Part shown: positions 45,915 to 56,026 of the stretch, in pieces
Layout: each line of letters opens with the position of its first letter
Position numbering within the stretch: position 1 is the first letter of the stretch
IMG/VR virus record: IMGVR_UViG_3300029288_000090
Coordinates: 62,557-126,556 of that record
Source of the DNA: a virus
Taxonomy: Duplodnaviria > Caudoviricetes
Reading direction: 5' to 3' (one strand)
DNA length: 64,000 nt
Made by a program: the position numbers and the translations under genes
Notes under the pieces: generated by a model
Databases searched by the model: none
Told to the model about the DNA's origin: nothing
What the model saw: the letters and a program-made list of their open reading frames with translations, nothing else

Positions 45915-46229
45915 ATGAAAAGCTCAGACGAAGTTTTGATATGGATTGTTGGGCTGCTTATTGTTGCCAGTATTACCTGGTTAGTCAAGGAGGTTCTAGC
46001 TTTGCGTAATGATTTAACTAAACTCCAGACAGAAACACAACTTCAAATAAAACAGATAACACAAAATTGTGCTCGACATCAACATTGGGCAGAAGGTATT
46101 CAAAAAAGTATGGGACGGATGGACAGGAATCTCATCCGTCTATGCTCCAAGCAAGAGGTTGAATTTGAATCTCCTTCTGATGAAGATAATTCTACTCCTA
46201 ATATTGGTGGCGAAGAGCATGAAGGTTAG
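45915..46229 (+). CDS. single-TM coiled-coil protein (holin-like position and shape)
   Basis: N-terminal TM helix, then coiled coil. Confidence 0.5.
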   Translation: MKSSDEVLIWIVGLLIVASITWLVKEVLALRNDLTKLQTETQLQIKQITQNCARHQHWAEGIQKSMGRMDRNLIRLCSKQEVEFESPSDEDNSTPNIGGEEHEG

Positions 46230-46232
46230 TGT

Positions 46233-49200
46233 ATGCTAATTAAAAGAGCTCTAGCATCCTTCTCCTATGATACCACTCAGTTTGATTTGGTGAGTGGAAA
46301 GCTCCATTTAATGCATTTTCATGTTGAAGACACCCAACGAACTTGTGTGGGAGTTAATACAGAAGATGGATCAGGTGAGTATGATACCCTTGTTGGGTAC
46401 AATGCTGGTCATTTGTCTACTGGAGGATATAATGTTTTAATAGGAAACCAAGCTGGGGAAAATATAACAACTGGTTTGGCAAATACAGTTGTAGGAACAT
46501 GGAGTTTACAGAATAATCTTACTTCTAATTTCAATACGGCACTTGGATACTATTCGTTAGTTACTTGTGTTGGAGCAACTAATACAGCTGTTGGGGCTTT
46601 CTCATGTAGTTTGTTGACCACTGGCTTTGAGAATGTAGGAGTAGGGTACTATGCTCTTCAGAGAGTTGCTCAAGGTTATTACAATATGGCGCTAGGATCC
46701 GGAGCACTTCGGAATATGGCTCCTCCTCAACGGGTTATAACTGCGTTTGCTGATTTAGGAGGAGGGCAGACACAAGTCACAACTTCTACTTCTCATAGTT
46801 TGACTACGGGAGATTACGTATATATTTCAGGAACTACTCATTATGACGGATGGTATACATTAGTCAGTGGTTCAGGAACTACTTTTGTTATAACAAAAGC
46901 GTTTGCAGGAGACGATGCAGCAGGTTACGTTATTAAAGATACAGAAGCAAGTAAAAATGTGGCAGTAGGTTCTGGGGCTGGACGAGATTGTGGTACAGGT
47001 GGACATAATGTATTTATAGGATTTCAGGCAGGGTGTCTGGCCAATAACTTAGTAAAATGTGTTTACATAGGATACCAAGCAGGATTCAATATAGATAGAA
47101 GTTATACACTGGCTATTGACATTTCGGATACAGCTGATCCTTTGATTTATGGGGAATTTGACAATAGGTTAGTTCTAATCAATGGAGATTTTACTGTTAC
47201 TGAACAATGCACAGCATCTTATTTTGAATCAGTAGTAGTAACAGGAACACAACCTTATGCCTGCACTTCTACTACTTTGAATACAAATCTAAATGCTGAT
47301 CTTTGGGATGGGTATCATGCATTTATGGGAGATACGGAAGAGCCAACTGGCTTTACATCTACAGGATATGCAGCAACTACACTTTCTTTTGTGGATGCAA
47401 CAAGAGTATTTACAATTACTGGAGACCATGACGTTTGGATTGAGGGAGTCAAATACTCCAAGTCAACGGATGATATAACTATAGACGATAGTACAGGACT
47501 TCACTTTGTTTACTATGATAGTTCAGGTGTGCTAAGTCAGAGCACTACTTTTCCTGGATGGAATTCTTGTACTATAGCGTTTATTTATTACAATACAACT
47601 ACTGATAAAGGAATCATAGGGAATGAACGTCATGGAATAGTCATGGATTCAGCTACTCATACCTATCTCCATGAAACAGTAGGGACAAGGTTTGAAAGTG
47701 GATTTGCTACATCTTTTACGGATACTACTTTTTCATCAGATGCCGGAATTATTTGGGATGAGGATCTTGAGCATGATATAGATGCTCAGACAAATTGTTA
47801 TGTATTTTATAAGAATGGGTCTGCAGATTATGAATGGGATGGTCCAGGGAGTTTATACTATAAATTAAACGGAGCAACATTACGGTATAATAACGGAAAT
47901 AATTTAGCAGATGTTCCTGTTGCTAATTATGTAGCTTACTGGATGTTTGCAACAAACGATCCTGATACCCCTATAACATTTTTAATGGGACAAAGAGTAG
48001 ATGTCACCTTAGCAAATGCAAGATCAAATAATACGTACACTTCACTTAGTTTTGGAGTTCTTCCCTACAAAGAGATGAAACTTCTATTTCGTGTACTCTT
48101 GCAGAATTTAGGAGGAACTGCAACTTACATCGAAACGCAAGATTATAGATCCGTCTCTAATCTCCCTGCAGGAACATACGTAGCTACTTCTCACAGTACT
48201 TTAACTGGACTAAATTGGGCATCTGCTGGACATACGTTTGATACAAATTTAAATTTAGGATCTTATGGACTAATCACCGGAAGTATTACAGCATCCTCTG
48301 GGAATTTAAGTTTAAGTGCAACAAGTGGTTATGTTTACTTGGCTTCAGATATTCTGACTGATAGATGGTTAAGTTACGTTGGCAACTTGTTTTTAGGAAT
48401 AGGAGCTGCTGGAGCAGGGACATTAGAAAATACTTTTGGTCCAGAAGGATATGAGAATACAGGTTTAGGATATAATACTTTATATAATATTACTACTGGT
48501 TCTTTTAATATGGCAGTGGGGACTTCTTCTTTATACAATCTTCTAACCGGATCATACAATGTAGGACTAGGAAGAAGATCTTTATACACTCTGACATATG
48601 CGAATTACAATACAGGAATAGGAGCTGAAACTTTATACTCCTTAACAACTGGGAATTACAATACGGCAATTGGATATCAGTGCCTTTATTCTAATGTAAC
48701 AGGAACTACAAATGTAGGTATAGGACCACAAGCTGGTTATAGTTGTATAGGATCAGGAAATGTTTTTGTAGGATATCAGGCAGGATACAGTGAGACTGGA
48801 AGTAATACATTATATATTTCTAACTCCAATACAGTAGATCCCTTGATATATGGAGAGTTTGATAATGGTTTGGTTGTTATCAATGGAGATCTCTCTATAA
48901 CTGAACAATGTACAGCATCTTACTACTATTCTGATGTTGAGCAAGGAACTTCCCCTTATAGTTGTGTATCAACAACTTTGAATGTTAACTTAAATGCAGA
49001 TCTTTGGGACGGACAACATCTTCCTACTGTAGAATCAGCTTCGTCTGGAATGTACTTGACTAATGATGGAAGTACGTTATCTTGGGTAGATATCAATTAT
49101 GAAAATCCTTTGACTTTTGATTATCCTTTATCCAGAACAGGAAATGTAGTCAGTTTTGGATATAATACTACAAATCTTCAACTTACATCCAATCAACTCA

Positions 49201-49952
49201 ATACGATTCAAGACATAGCAACAACTTCTACCCCTCAATTTTCTTTGTTAGGGGTAGGGATTGCCGCTCAAACAGGAACACAGACAGCCGGAATTTACTG
49301 TTACAGCACTTCTAACGCAGCTCCACTTTCCTTGATCGGAGTCAATGTAGCTGTAAATAGTACAAGAGGCGGTGGTAATCAATTCAATTTGTATGGTTTG
49401 AATTTCCAAGCGTTTTATACTCCTACTGGGGCAACAGCAAATAGAGCCTGTACAACTATGGTAGGATGTAGAGGAACAGTTACGTGTACAAACGAATCTG
49501 GAAGTTCCTATAATTCTACTGTAACAACAGCTTATGGTATGTTGGGAGGAGTTTCTTCTGAAAAGCCCTTATCTGGAACTGGAGCTGTCACTGTAACTAC
49601 AGCCTATGCTTACTATGCTGCATCATGTGCTGTTGTCAATGGAGCTACGATAGGAACGTCATATGCATTTTTTGATGCTGGACAGATAGGTGCTTCTACT
49701 AATTGGGGGTTAGGAATAAACACAGCAAATAGTTATATCAGTGGTAGTTTATCTATTGGAAAGAATACAGCTCCAACACAAGCTTTGGATGTTGTTGGAT
49801 CTATAGAAGCGTCAGTAGGATATAGGTGTGGAGGAACAGCACCTGTAGCAGATGGAACTTACACAGTAGGAGCTCCATTGACTGGAGGAGGATCAAACGG
49901 AACAATTACAACAAAAGGGGGTATTATAACAGCAGTTACGCAAGCCACATAA
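46233..49952 (+). CDS. tail fibre/adhesin-like protein with NTAxG 14-residue repeats
   Basis: 1239 aa, Gly/Thr/Asn rich; N(T/V)A(L/V)G..(A/S)L repeats; duplicated DPLIYGEFDN..NLNADLWDG block; ends ITTKGGIITAVT. Confidence 0.75.
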   Translation: MLIKRALASFSYDTTQFDLVSGKLHLMHFHVEDTQRTCVGVNTEDGSGEYDTLVGYNAGHLSTGGYNVLIGNQAGENITTGLANTVVGTWSLQNNLTSNFNTALGYYSLVTCVGATNTAVGAFSCSLLTTGFENVGVGYYALQRVAQGYYNMALGSGALRNMAPPQRVITAFADLGGGQTQVTTSTSHSLTTGDYVYISGTTHYDGWYTLVSGSGTTFVITKAFAGDDAAGYVIKDTEASKNVAVGSGAGRDCGTGGHNVFIGFQAGCLANNLVKCVYIGYQAGFNIDRSYTLAIDISDTADPLIYGEFDNRLVLINGDFTVTEQCTASYFESVVVTGTQPYACTSTTLNTNLNADLWDGYHAFMGDTEEPTGFTSTGYAATTLSFVDATRVFTITGDHDVWIEGVKYSKSTDDITIDDSTGLHFVYYDSSGVLSQSTTFPGWNSCTIAFIYYNTTTDKGIIGNERHGIVMDSATHTYLHETVGTRFESGFATSFTDTTFSSDAGIIWDEDLEHDIDAQTNCYVFYKNGSADYEWDGPGSLYYKLNGATLRYNNGNNLADVPVANYVAYWMFATNDPDTPITFLMGQRVDVTLANARSNNTYTSLSFGVLPYKEMKLLFRVLLQNLGGTATYIETQDYRSVSNLPAGTYVATSHSTLTGLNWASAGHTFDTNLNLGSYGLITGSITASSGNLSLSATSGYVYLASDILTDRWLSYVGNLFLGIGAAGAGTLENTFGPEGYENTGLGYNTLYNITTGSFNMAVGTSSLYNLLTGSYNVGLGRRSLYTLTYANYNTGIGAETLYSLTTGNYNTAIGYQCLYSNVTGTTNVGIGPQAGYSCIGSGNVFVGYQAGYSETGSNTLYISNSNTVDPLIYGEFDNGLVVINGDLSITEQCTASYYYSDVEQGTSPYSCVSTTLNVNLNADLWDGQHLPTVESASSGMYLTNDGSTLSWVDINYENPLTFDYPLSRTGNVVSFGYNTTNLQLTSNQLNTIQDIATTSTPQFSLLGVGIAAQTGTQTAGIYCYSTSNAAPLSLIGVNVAVNSTRGGGNQFNLYGLNFQAFYTPTGATANRACTTMVGCRGTVTCTNESGSSYNSTVTTAYGMLGGVSSEKPLSGTGAVTVTTAYAYYAASCAVVNGATIGTSYAFFDAGQIGASTNWGLGINTANSYISGSLSIGKNTAPTQALDVVGSIEASVGYRCGGTAPVADGTYTVGAPLTGGGSNGTITTKGGIITAVTQAT

Positions 49953-49965
49953 CAAGGAGTTTAGT

Positions 49966-50304
49966 ATGAAGATTACATTTGCAGAAAGAATTTCAATTAC
50001 CCATTTGTTTCCAGCAAAAGCAAACTTGACTACTATGCGTTTAGTCAGTGATATAACCAGGAGAGTAAGTTTCAGTGAAGAAGAAAAAGAGAAGTATGGA
50101 ATTGTCTTTCATCCAGATGGAAGAGTAGAATGGACCAATGGAATAGACTCTGAAGGAGGGAAGAAAGAATTCACCATTGAGTTTAACAAGCCTGAAATAC
50201 AATTCCTCAAGGATCGTGTTCAGGTATTGGATTCTGAAGGAGCAATTACAATGGTTCTATTGGACCTTTGTGAAAGAATTAAGCAAGAAGAGTTAAAAGA
50301 TTAG
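49966..50304 (+). CDS. putative tail fibre chaperone
   Basis: 112 aa helical protein directly after the fibre gene. Confidence 0.45.
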   Translation: MKITFAERISITHLFPAKANLTTMRLVSDITRRVSFSEEEKEKYGIVFHPDGRVEWTNGIDSEGGKKEFTIEFNKPEIQFLKDRVQVLDSEGAITMVLLDLCERIKQEELKD

Positions 50305-50305
50305 T

Positions 50306-50665
50306 ATGGCGAAGTTAGGATACAGACATACTGAAACAGGGGTTACATTATACGTAATTCTTACGGATGCTAACGATTCTCATATGAAAAGTTCTGATAG
50401 TACTTTCGTTTCATATGTTGCAGCTAATTGGGGCGATTATGATTTGCCTATGTCTGAATCAGACAGCTATTTGTATGAGTATACGATGCCATCCATTTCT
50501 GATGGAGAGTACACTGCGGAAATATTTTTGCAGGATGGAGCAAGTCCATCTTTAACTGATACAAAAGTTGGAGAACAATCCTTTAGTTGGAAGGATAATG
50601 ATTTCTTTAACTTGACAGACGTATCTGGTGGAACAGGAGATACATCCAATATAGGAAGTTGGTAA
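50306..50665 (+). CDS. putative structural protein
   Basis: 119 aa, acidic and beta rich. Confidence 0.5.
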   Translation: MAKLGYRHTETGVTLYVILTDANDSHMKSSDSTFVSYVAANWGDYDLPMSESDSYLYEYTMPSISDGEYTAEIFLQDGASPSLTDTKVGEQSFSWKDNDFFNLTDVSGGTGDTSNIGSW

Positions 50666-50666
50666 A

Positions 50667-52952
50667 ATGAATAATGATTTAATGAATCATATTGTTAGAA
50701 ATTCAAATGCACTTAACGAACAAGTGTCTCTTAATGCCGGAATGTCTGATGCTGGTAAGGCAGAGGCATCCAAAAGTATGCTAGACGCTATGGCTATACG
50801 TTCCGGACTTTCAGAAAAGAGGAAGCCACAATTTGTCTCTTTTATGTTGGAGAGGTATAAACCAGGCTCATTCAATAGCCAATTGGCTTACGAATGGGCT
50901 TGTCGTTTCCGTTCAAGAGAAGAGTGGGATTTTGCTGATGATGACAGCAAAAAAGTTCTAGAGAAGTTATATCCAGAGTTGTACAAGATAAAGGAAAATA
51001 AAGAGCAAGACCCACTTGAATATAAAGAAGAGCCTTTTACAGAGGAAGAACCTTTTGAAGAAGAGAAAGTATTTCCGTCTGAAGAAGAAGAAGGAGAGGA
51101 GATGCAAAACTTGAGAAGGAAGTTGGGGCAAAGAAACGGAGAACTCCCTGAATGTAAGGTAGAAGAACGATATTGGCTTAAACGGATAGAGTTGGCGTGG
51201 TATGAAAAGTATCAGGAAATGTATGATGAAAAGTTGGATAAGCCAGAAACTATTGAGACACTTAAGCAACTTCTTCGTGCCTCATTGTCTAAGTTTATGG
51301 ATAGTATTTCGCCATATGAAGAAGAGATGAGAGACGAGATTGAGGACATTATTGGAGAAATTGATACAATTGGTGATGTAGAAGATTTTAATAATGTTAT
51401 GGAACAACTATACGATTTTGGTGATTTGAATGATGTATGGATAGATATATCTGAAAACAAGCAGTTGAAGGAGAATGTAACCGATATGGAAGATATGCGT
51501 AAGCGGATTATGGAGCTATCCCAATCTGACGGAGTCCTTCTTTCAGATATACATAAAAATTATATTTCAACAGATGTACCAGGAGAATTAGATGAAACCA
51601 AACAAAACGTACAGGATTTTCTGGCCGAAGCCACGGAAGAACAGCTCAAAGAAATCTGGTCAAAATTTGTCCACTATGGATCCGAGTTTGATGAAAACAA
51701 AAGTTGTGGACAAAGACGAAATAGTAGGAAGAGTGGAAAGAAAAACGAACGAAAGAGTATTGGAAAAATGAATGAGAAAATCTCAATAGATCTTACCCGT
51801 TTAGAAGAGATTAAAGACGAGTTAAAAGATCTAACAGATGAGGCTGATAATATATTACGTTCAGTTGGAAAAGGTTTGACGTACACTAGGGCAAGGAGTT
51901 ATTGGTTGGGACATATCCGTGGAGCCTTAGAAAAAGAAAAGGGTAGTATTTCTAGTATGGTTACTATGCAAGATACAATTGACGAGTTAAGAGAGGAAAT
52001 GGAATTAGAAGATGTAGGTATGACAGAAGATCTTAATACAGCAGAGGATTCTGCTGCATTTGGTGGATTGGATAGTATGCGGACGGATCCTAATGAATCA
52101 AAAGTCAATGAACAAGATGAACCCTCTAAAATAACAAAAAAGAAACCATGGGAAAAAGAGCCTGAAGTTAAGATGTCAGAAGAACCCAGTCCAGAGGAGA
52201 CTCCCGTAGATGATGAAGGGATTCCACCAGAAGAAGGAGAAGAGACCCCTCCAGAAAATGAAGAAGGGATGGAAGGTGAAGTTCCTCCTGAAGAAGAAGT
52301 TCCTCCTCCTCCAGAACCAGGAATTAAAACAGGAGCAGAAGAATTAAACCATGAACCAGCAGCAGCGAAAGAGCCTGAAGAAGTTCGTGTTGAGAAAGAA
52401 TATATAGGAAGTAAGGGAGATGACTTTTTTTACATCACACAAGCAACTTCTGATACTGGAGAACCCAATGATTTAATTATTCAAAACGCCGTAGGAGAAG
52501 AAGTATTTTCAGCAGTTAAGCATGATTTGGATCCAACAGATGTTCCTGGTTTCATCCTTTCAGCTATTAAAGAAGTAGATATGGACGAAATAGCTACTGA
52601 ATTAGTAGATAGATATATTGTACCTTCCATTGAGAAAAGGTCAGAAGAAGAAACTGAAGAAGAGATAGCTCAGGAGGAGGAGCCTTTTGAGATGGGAGCT
52701 GAAGAGTTAGGAGCTCCTAAGAAGAAGTATGAAGGATTAGTGGATTACGAAGGGAAAACATATTCCTATTCTATTGTAGAACATGACGATAAATGTATGT
52801 TATGTTTAGGTGGAAGAGATTTTTCTTTTGACAAGGACACTATTTCCTTGTATGAATCAGACGGAGAAGTTAAGGATATCTGCTTAGACATACTTAAGTT
52901 ATTAGAATCGAAAGAAATTTCCAATCTCAAACTTTTTGAAAGACAGGAGTAA
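50667..52952 (+). CDS. large acidic modular head protein (prohead core/internal polyprotein)
   Basis: 761 aa, very Glu rich, immediately upstream of the prohead protease. Confidence 0.65.
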   Translation: MNNDLMNHIVRNSNALNEQVSLNAGMSDAGKAEASKSMLDAMAIRSGLSEKRKPQFVSFMLERYKPGSFNSQLAYEWACRFRSREEWDFADDDSKKVLEKLYPELYKIKENKEQDPLEYKEEPFTEEEPFEEEKVFPSEEEEGEEMQNLRRKLGQRNGELPECKVEERYWLKRIELAWYEKYQEMYDEKLDKPETIETLKQLLRASLSKFMDSISPYEEEMRDEIEDIIGEIDTIGDVEDFNNVMEQLYDFGDLNDVWIDISENKQLKENVTDMEDMRKRIMELSQSDGVLLSDIHKNYISTDVPGELDETKQNVQDFLAEATEEQLKEIWSKFVHYGSEFDENKSCGQRRNSRKSGKKNERKSIGKMNEKISIDLTRLEEIKDELKDLTDEADNILRSVGKGLTYTRARSYWLGHIRGALEKEKGSISSMVTMQDTIDELREEMELEDVGMTEDLNTAEDSAAFGGLDSMRTDPNESKVNEQDEPSKITKKKPWEKEPEVKMSEEPSPEETPVDDEGIPPEEGEETPPENEEGMEGEVPPEEEVPPPPEPGIKTGAEELNHEPAAAKEPEEVRVEKEYIGSKGDDFFYITQATSDTGEPNDLIIQNAVGEEVFSAVKHDLDPTDVPGFILSAIKEVDMDEIATELVDRYIVPSIEKRSEEETEEEIAQEEEPFEMGAEELGAPKKKYEGLVDYEGKTYSYSIVEHDDKCMLCLGGRDFSFDKDTISLYESDGEVKDICLDILKLLESKEISNLKLFERQE

Positions 52953-52957
52953 CTCTG

Positions 52958-55900
52958 ATGGTTACTACATCAATCCCCAAAGGCGACAGAGAGAAGGTTT
53001 TTGAGAAGTATCAAGTAGTAGAAACTCAGGACCTTCCTCCACGTGTGCTGTGTAGAGTCGTATATCCCATATGCAATATTGGTCAATTAAACGCTAACAA
53101 CCGGATGTATGAAAGAGATGTCTGGGATAAGGTTATTTCTGATCCTAACGTTTCAGAAAAGTTGAATAACAGATGTCTTTATGGGGATGCCGAACATCCC
53201 AAAGAGTCTCAAAGTCGTCTGGAACGAACTGCACATGTCGTCAATAAGATGTGGATAGACGAAGATACTAATAGAGTTATGCAGGAAATGGACGTCTTAG
53301 ACACTCCTTACGGACGGATTATAGATACATTGCTGGAGTCCGGGTGTGGGGTAGGTGTCAGTACTCGAGCAGAAGGAGAGTTAGAGGAGGCATTAGATGA
53401 AGCTGGAAATAAGTTCTATCGAGTACTTCCGGAAGCATATCGGTATATTACTACTGACTTTACAGCAGATCCAAGTACTTCCAATCCTTATCCGGAAGAA
53501 GTTCAAAGAGCTATGGTAGAATCAATTAATAAAGATCAAAAGGAGATGGACAAGGAGTTTGCGGTAGCTATTTTGGAATCCTTGCAAGTTGACTCTGCTA
53601 AATCGCTATGTGAATCTATTAAGGGAGAAGGCAAGAAAGATCTTTCAGAGAAGAAAATAACTTCTGTGAGATTGGATGAATCTATTAAAGGAAAGTCTGA
53701 TCCTGCATTTACCAAATGTTTATTAGCTTTTATAGATGAGAAATGGTCAGAAACACGGGAAAAAGATTTTGTCAAATTGATGAATGAATATAGAGAACAC
53801 TTCAAAGTGGCTCCTAAAGAAGCTATAATTAGCTATTTGGGACGGTTATGGAAGACAAACGAAAAATCTATACAACCTTTTGTCAGTGAGAAGTTTGCTT
53901 CTGATTATAAAGCACTTATGTCAGAAGAAATAGGACATGACGATGAATTAGATGATGAAGAAGTAGAAAGAGGTGAAGCTGCTGAGGAGTATAATGCTGA
54001 CGGTTCTCCAGTTGTAGCTGTTAAAGAGGAACCTGAAGGAGATATGGAGGGTGAGTTGAATGGAGGTGCCTCCAAACCGTCTACTATGGAGGGAGAACCC
54101 GTTATGGGAGAACCTCCAATTCCTGGTATAGGGGATATAGATCCAAATGTAACGGGACTGGAAATGGGCCTGGACTTCCCTACCAGTGCATTAATGATTC
54201 CCACGCCTATAATAGATCCACGGACAGCTTCTGTTAAGGAATTAGCCAATAGATTTGGATATTTGGATTGGATGACAGATTCAGGAAATGATACTTCCTC
54301 TCCATATTTGAAACAATTGGAGAAGGAGAGATTGGATCTTCTGGACGAACTATCCTATCGCTGGAATCGAACAATGCAGGAGTCCAAGGATAAAGATCAG
54401 AAGATAGACTTCCGGATAGATGAATCCAATGTTTTGACTGGTGAAGATGTATCTTATGGAAAGTCAGTGGTTCGCTTCTTGTGTCAAGGTTGGGATGGGA
54501 ATGCTGAAAAGAAATTGACATCTACAATACTTGAAAACAAAGAACGGATATTGTCTTCGTCCAAAGCAGAAACGAAAGATTATTTAGGAAGAGTGTGGGA
54601 GTCCAATTCTTCTGAATTGATTAATAACGCTTCTGATGAATTTGTTGACGAACTTCTGGAGTTGATTAATAGTCCAGATTTGGATGAGACTGAAGAGATT
54701 AAGAAGATGTATCAATCAGCAGGAATCAAAGCTCCCAAGGGAAAAGGAATTCACACAAAGAAGTTTCATCGTATGGCAGTAGATGTCATGAAGGGATACA
54801 AGAAAGGCGGATTGACTGACAAGGAACGTCAGATTGCCTATGCTACAGCAATGAAGAAGCTTGGTCCGGAAAAAGCTGTCAAGGCAGGACACAGACATTC
54901 CAAGAATGAGAGTATAACTGAATTGATTTATGAAAATTATTGGAGTTTAGTTGATTTCCTTTCTGGAAAGAAATCATCTGCTCCTAAGGTCAAAGAAAAG
55001 GAAGAAACTCCAAAAAAACGTCCTTTGAATCAGAGAACAGAAGCTGATATTATTGCAGGAAGGTTGGAGGAGAAGAAGGTTAATGAAGAAGATGAACATT
55101 ATAATGATATGGAGGGTGATGTTAATGAAGGAACGTATAGATTCACTGTAAACAACTTACATGTTGAAATAGTGGACGAGAACAAGAGGTATACTTATGA
55201 GGATATAGAACATGCTTTGGGAGTATTTATTGAATATGGAGAAGCTGATGTTACAAAACAGTTTCCTAATTTATTTGTCAGCGTAGATGCTGATTATATC
55301 TATGATTTAGAAGAAGGAAAGACAAAGAAGAAGGGTAAAAAAGTCAACGATTCTATAGATTTAGTAATCAAAGAGGCTTCTATTCGTGCTGAACGGGATA
55401 AGGCTTTGGAGATTATTGAAGATCTTAACAGTAAGATAAAAGGTTTGGAAGGAAGAGGGAGTCTTGAATCTAAAATCTTGCTAGCCAAACTAAAAGCAAC
55501 GACAAGTGAATTAACTGAAAAATGTGATGATATGTTGGAGAAGTATAATGCTTTGAAGTTGCGGCTAAAAGAAACATTCGGAGAACTTAAAATTGCACGA
55601 GCCAAGACCGATACATTAGTCAGTGAATTGGATAAGATTAAGCAAGATAAAGATGCCATGGATCAGACTATAGTCAGTCTGGAGTCTGATTATAGAACTA
55701 AACTGGAACAGTTGGAGGCAGAGAGAACAGAGGAACGGAAAAATTTATTAGAGAACTATGTACGTGCTGTTCTTAGTGACTCATTTGATCTACTCCCTGA
55801 ACGAACACGAGCACTTCTCGTTGAAAGTAAAACAGTGGAGCAGATAGATGAACGGTTAACTTCTATCAGACAGACGTTGCGTGAGGATGCACTTCATTCT

Positions 55901-56026
55901 TCTAGCCGTATTTCTGAAAATGTTGTTACAGTTGTTCAATCTACAATAGATCCAATGAGATCTAAGATTGCACATGGCGTTGATTTAGCTTGTACAGGTA
56001 TTTTAGGTAATAGGAGTGCTAAATAA
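52958..56026 (+). CDS. prohead protease (T4 gp21-like) fused to inserted modules and a C-terminal scaffold coiled coil
   Basis: NANNRMY, YGDAEHP, LDTPYGRII..L...G..GVSTRAEG, DFTADPS; C-terminal long coiled coil; abuts the capsid gene. Confidence 0.85.
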   Translation: MVTTSIPKGDREKVFEKYQVVETQDLPPRVLCRVVYPICNIGQLNANNRMYERDVWDKVISDPNVSEKLNNRCLYGDAEHPKESQSRLERTAHVVNKMWIDEDTNRVMQEMDVLDTPYGRIIDTLLESGCGVGVSTRAEGELEEALDEAGNKFYRVLPEAYRYITTDFTADPSTSNPYPEEVQRAMVESINKDQKEMDKEFAVAILESLQVDSAKSLCESIKGEGKKDLSEKKITSVRLDESIKGKSDPAFTKCLLAFIDEKWSETREKDFVKLMNEYREHFKVAPKEAIISYLGRLWKTNEKSIQPFVSEKFASDYKALMSEEIGHDDELDDEEVERGEAAEEYNADGSPVVAVKEEPEGDMEGELNGGASKPSTMEGEPVMGEPPIPGIGDIDPNVTGLEMGLDFPTSALMIPTPIIDPRTASVKELANRFGYLDWMTDSGNDTSSPYLKQLEKERLDLLDELSYRWNRTMQESKDKDQKIDFRIDESNVLTGEDVSYGKSVVRFLCQGWDGNAEKKLTSTILENKERILSSSKAETKDYLGRVWESNSSELINNASDEFVDELLELINSPDLDETEEIKKMYQSAGIKAPKGKGIHTKKFHRMAVDVMKGYKKGGLTDKERQIAYATAMKKLGPEKAVKAGHRHSKNESITELIYENYWSLVDFLSGKKSSAPKVKEKEETPKKRPLNQRTEADIIAGRLEEKKVNEEDEHYNDMEGDVNEGTYRFTVNNLHVEIVDENKRYTYEDIEHALGVFIEYGEADVTKQFPNLFVSVDADYIYDLEEGKTKKKGKKVNDSIDLVIKEASIRAERDKALEIIEDLNSKIKGLEGRGSLESKILLAKLKATTSELTEKCDDMLEKYNALKLRLKETFGELKIARAKTDTLVSELDKIKQDKDAMDQTIVSLESDYRTKLEQLEAERTEERKNLLENYVRAVLSDSFDLLPERTRALLVESKTVEQIDERLTSIRQTLREDALHSSSRISENVVTVVQSTIDPMRSKIAHGVDLACTGILGNRSAK

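Noticed and set aside
46233-49952. Diversity-generating retroelement target or template repeats
   Set aside because: The duplicated blocks are both coding and differ at all base types rather than only at adenines; no reverse transcriptase is in the window
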